From Mobula hypostoma (Eukaryota): 64,000 nucleotides of DNA. Positions 63,426 to 64,000 of this stretch are shown one piece after another. Positions within the stretch are counted from its first letter, which is position 1. Every line of letters starts with the position of its first letter. The stretch is taken from positions 25,794,001 to 25,858,000 of the forward strand of contig NC_086118.1 in NCBI RefSeq assembly GCF_963921235.1, given 5' to 3'. A program made the translations under genes and the position numbers. Below the pieces are notes generated by a model. The model had not been told where the DNA came from. It was given only the letters and a program-made list of their open reading frames with translations, and ran no database searches.

Positions 63426-63778
63426 TCCTTCATAGTTCTTTACAATCGGAAAATCAGTTGATCCACCTCAACACTTGGCGATAAACACACAATTTGTGGT
63501 GAAAGCCACTGGCCTTTCATCGCAAAGGTTTTCTCTATTTCCACTCAATCTCCAGAAATACACTTGAATGAATTAGGAGATCCAGAATAAGCCTGTACAT
63601 TGACACAGCTGATCTTGAATATTTCACCACAAGAAATGACTTTGCAGGGAAAAAGAAAATGCTGCTGAGTTTGTAAAACTGAAATATTACTGTTAGCTAC
63701 TATGATAAGATGTCAATTGGATACCACAGCCTAAAAGAATAGAATTTCTAAGAAAAGGAAGTGAAGCTGTGGTTTTGT

Positions 63779-63816
63779 TAGTCCTGACGAAGGGTCTCGG
63801 CCTGAAACGTCGACTG
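63779..63816 (+). ncRNA. Minimal type-I hammerhead ribozyme, intact core, in a short Penelope terminal piece (~63775-63880)
   Basis: TAGTC-CTGACGA-AGG GTCTCGG CCT-GAAA-CG-TC^-GACTG: stem I TAGTC/GACTG, stem II AGG/CCT, palindromic ACGT stem III. Confidence 0.85.
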
Positions 63817-63879
63817 CACTTCTTCCCAGAGATGCTGCCTGGCCTGCTGCGTTCACCAGCAACTTTGATGTGTTTTGGT

Positions 63880-64000
63880 GTCAGTTGTTGCCCCATTATA
63901 TGAGGGATGTTAAGGCTTTGGAGAGGATGTAGAAGAGGTTGACCAGGATGCTCCCCGGATTACAGCTATAAAGCAGAGAGATTGGACAAACTTGGGTTGG
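63880..64000 (+). mobile_element. CR1 ORF2 fragment running off the window
   Basis: Degenerate DVKALER..KRLTRMLPG motif. Confidence 0.7.

Overview
Vertebrate genomic DNA, most likely from a cartilaginous fish (inferred from an HE1-like V-SINE and abundant CR1, Rex1/Babar and Penelope elements). The window lies inside a minus-strand bMERB-domain gene (BMERB1/C16orf45-like). Four phase-compatible internal coding exons were read by hand (51031-51151, 15851-15924, 12432-12546, ~11587-11660); the first and last exons were not found in the window. The introns are packed with nested transposons: CR1, Rex1/Babar, RTE, L1, Tx1, Penelope, Buster/Charlie and Blackjack-like hATs, a Tigger MITE, tRNA SINEs and a probable solo LTR. 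A 48/51-bp minisatellite occupies the left end. The main object is an intact full-length CR1 LINE at 56593-61610. Its ORF1 ends in a canonical -1 slippery heptamer U-UUA-AAC directly before the stop. ORF2 is in the -1 frame and has no usable AUG ahead of the endonuclease, which suggests programmed ribosomal frameshifting to an ORF1-ORF2 fusion. Its 5' UTR is about 4.7 tandem 173-bp promoter-like monomers. Penelope termini carry minimal hammerhead ribozymes, one with a perfect core at 63779-63816. Family assignments come from motif recognition, not database searches; boundaries of degraded repeats are approximate.
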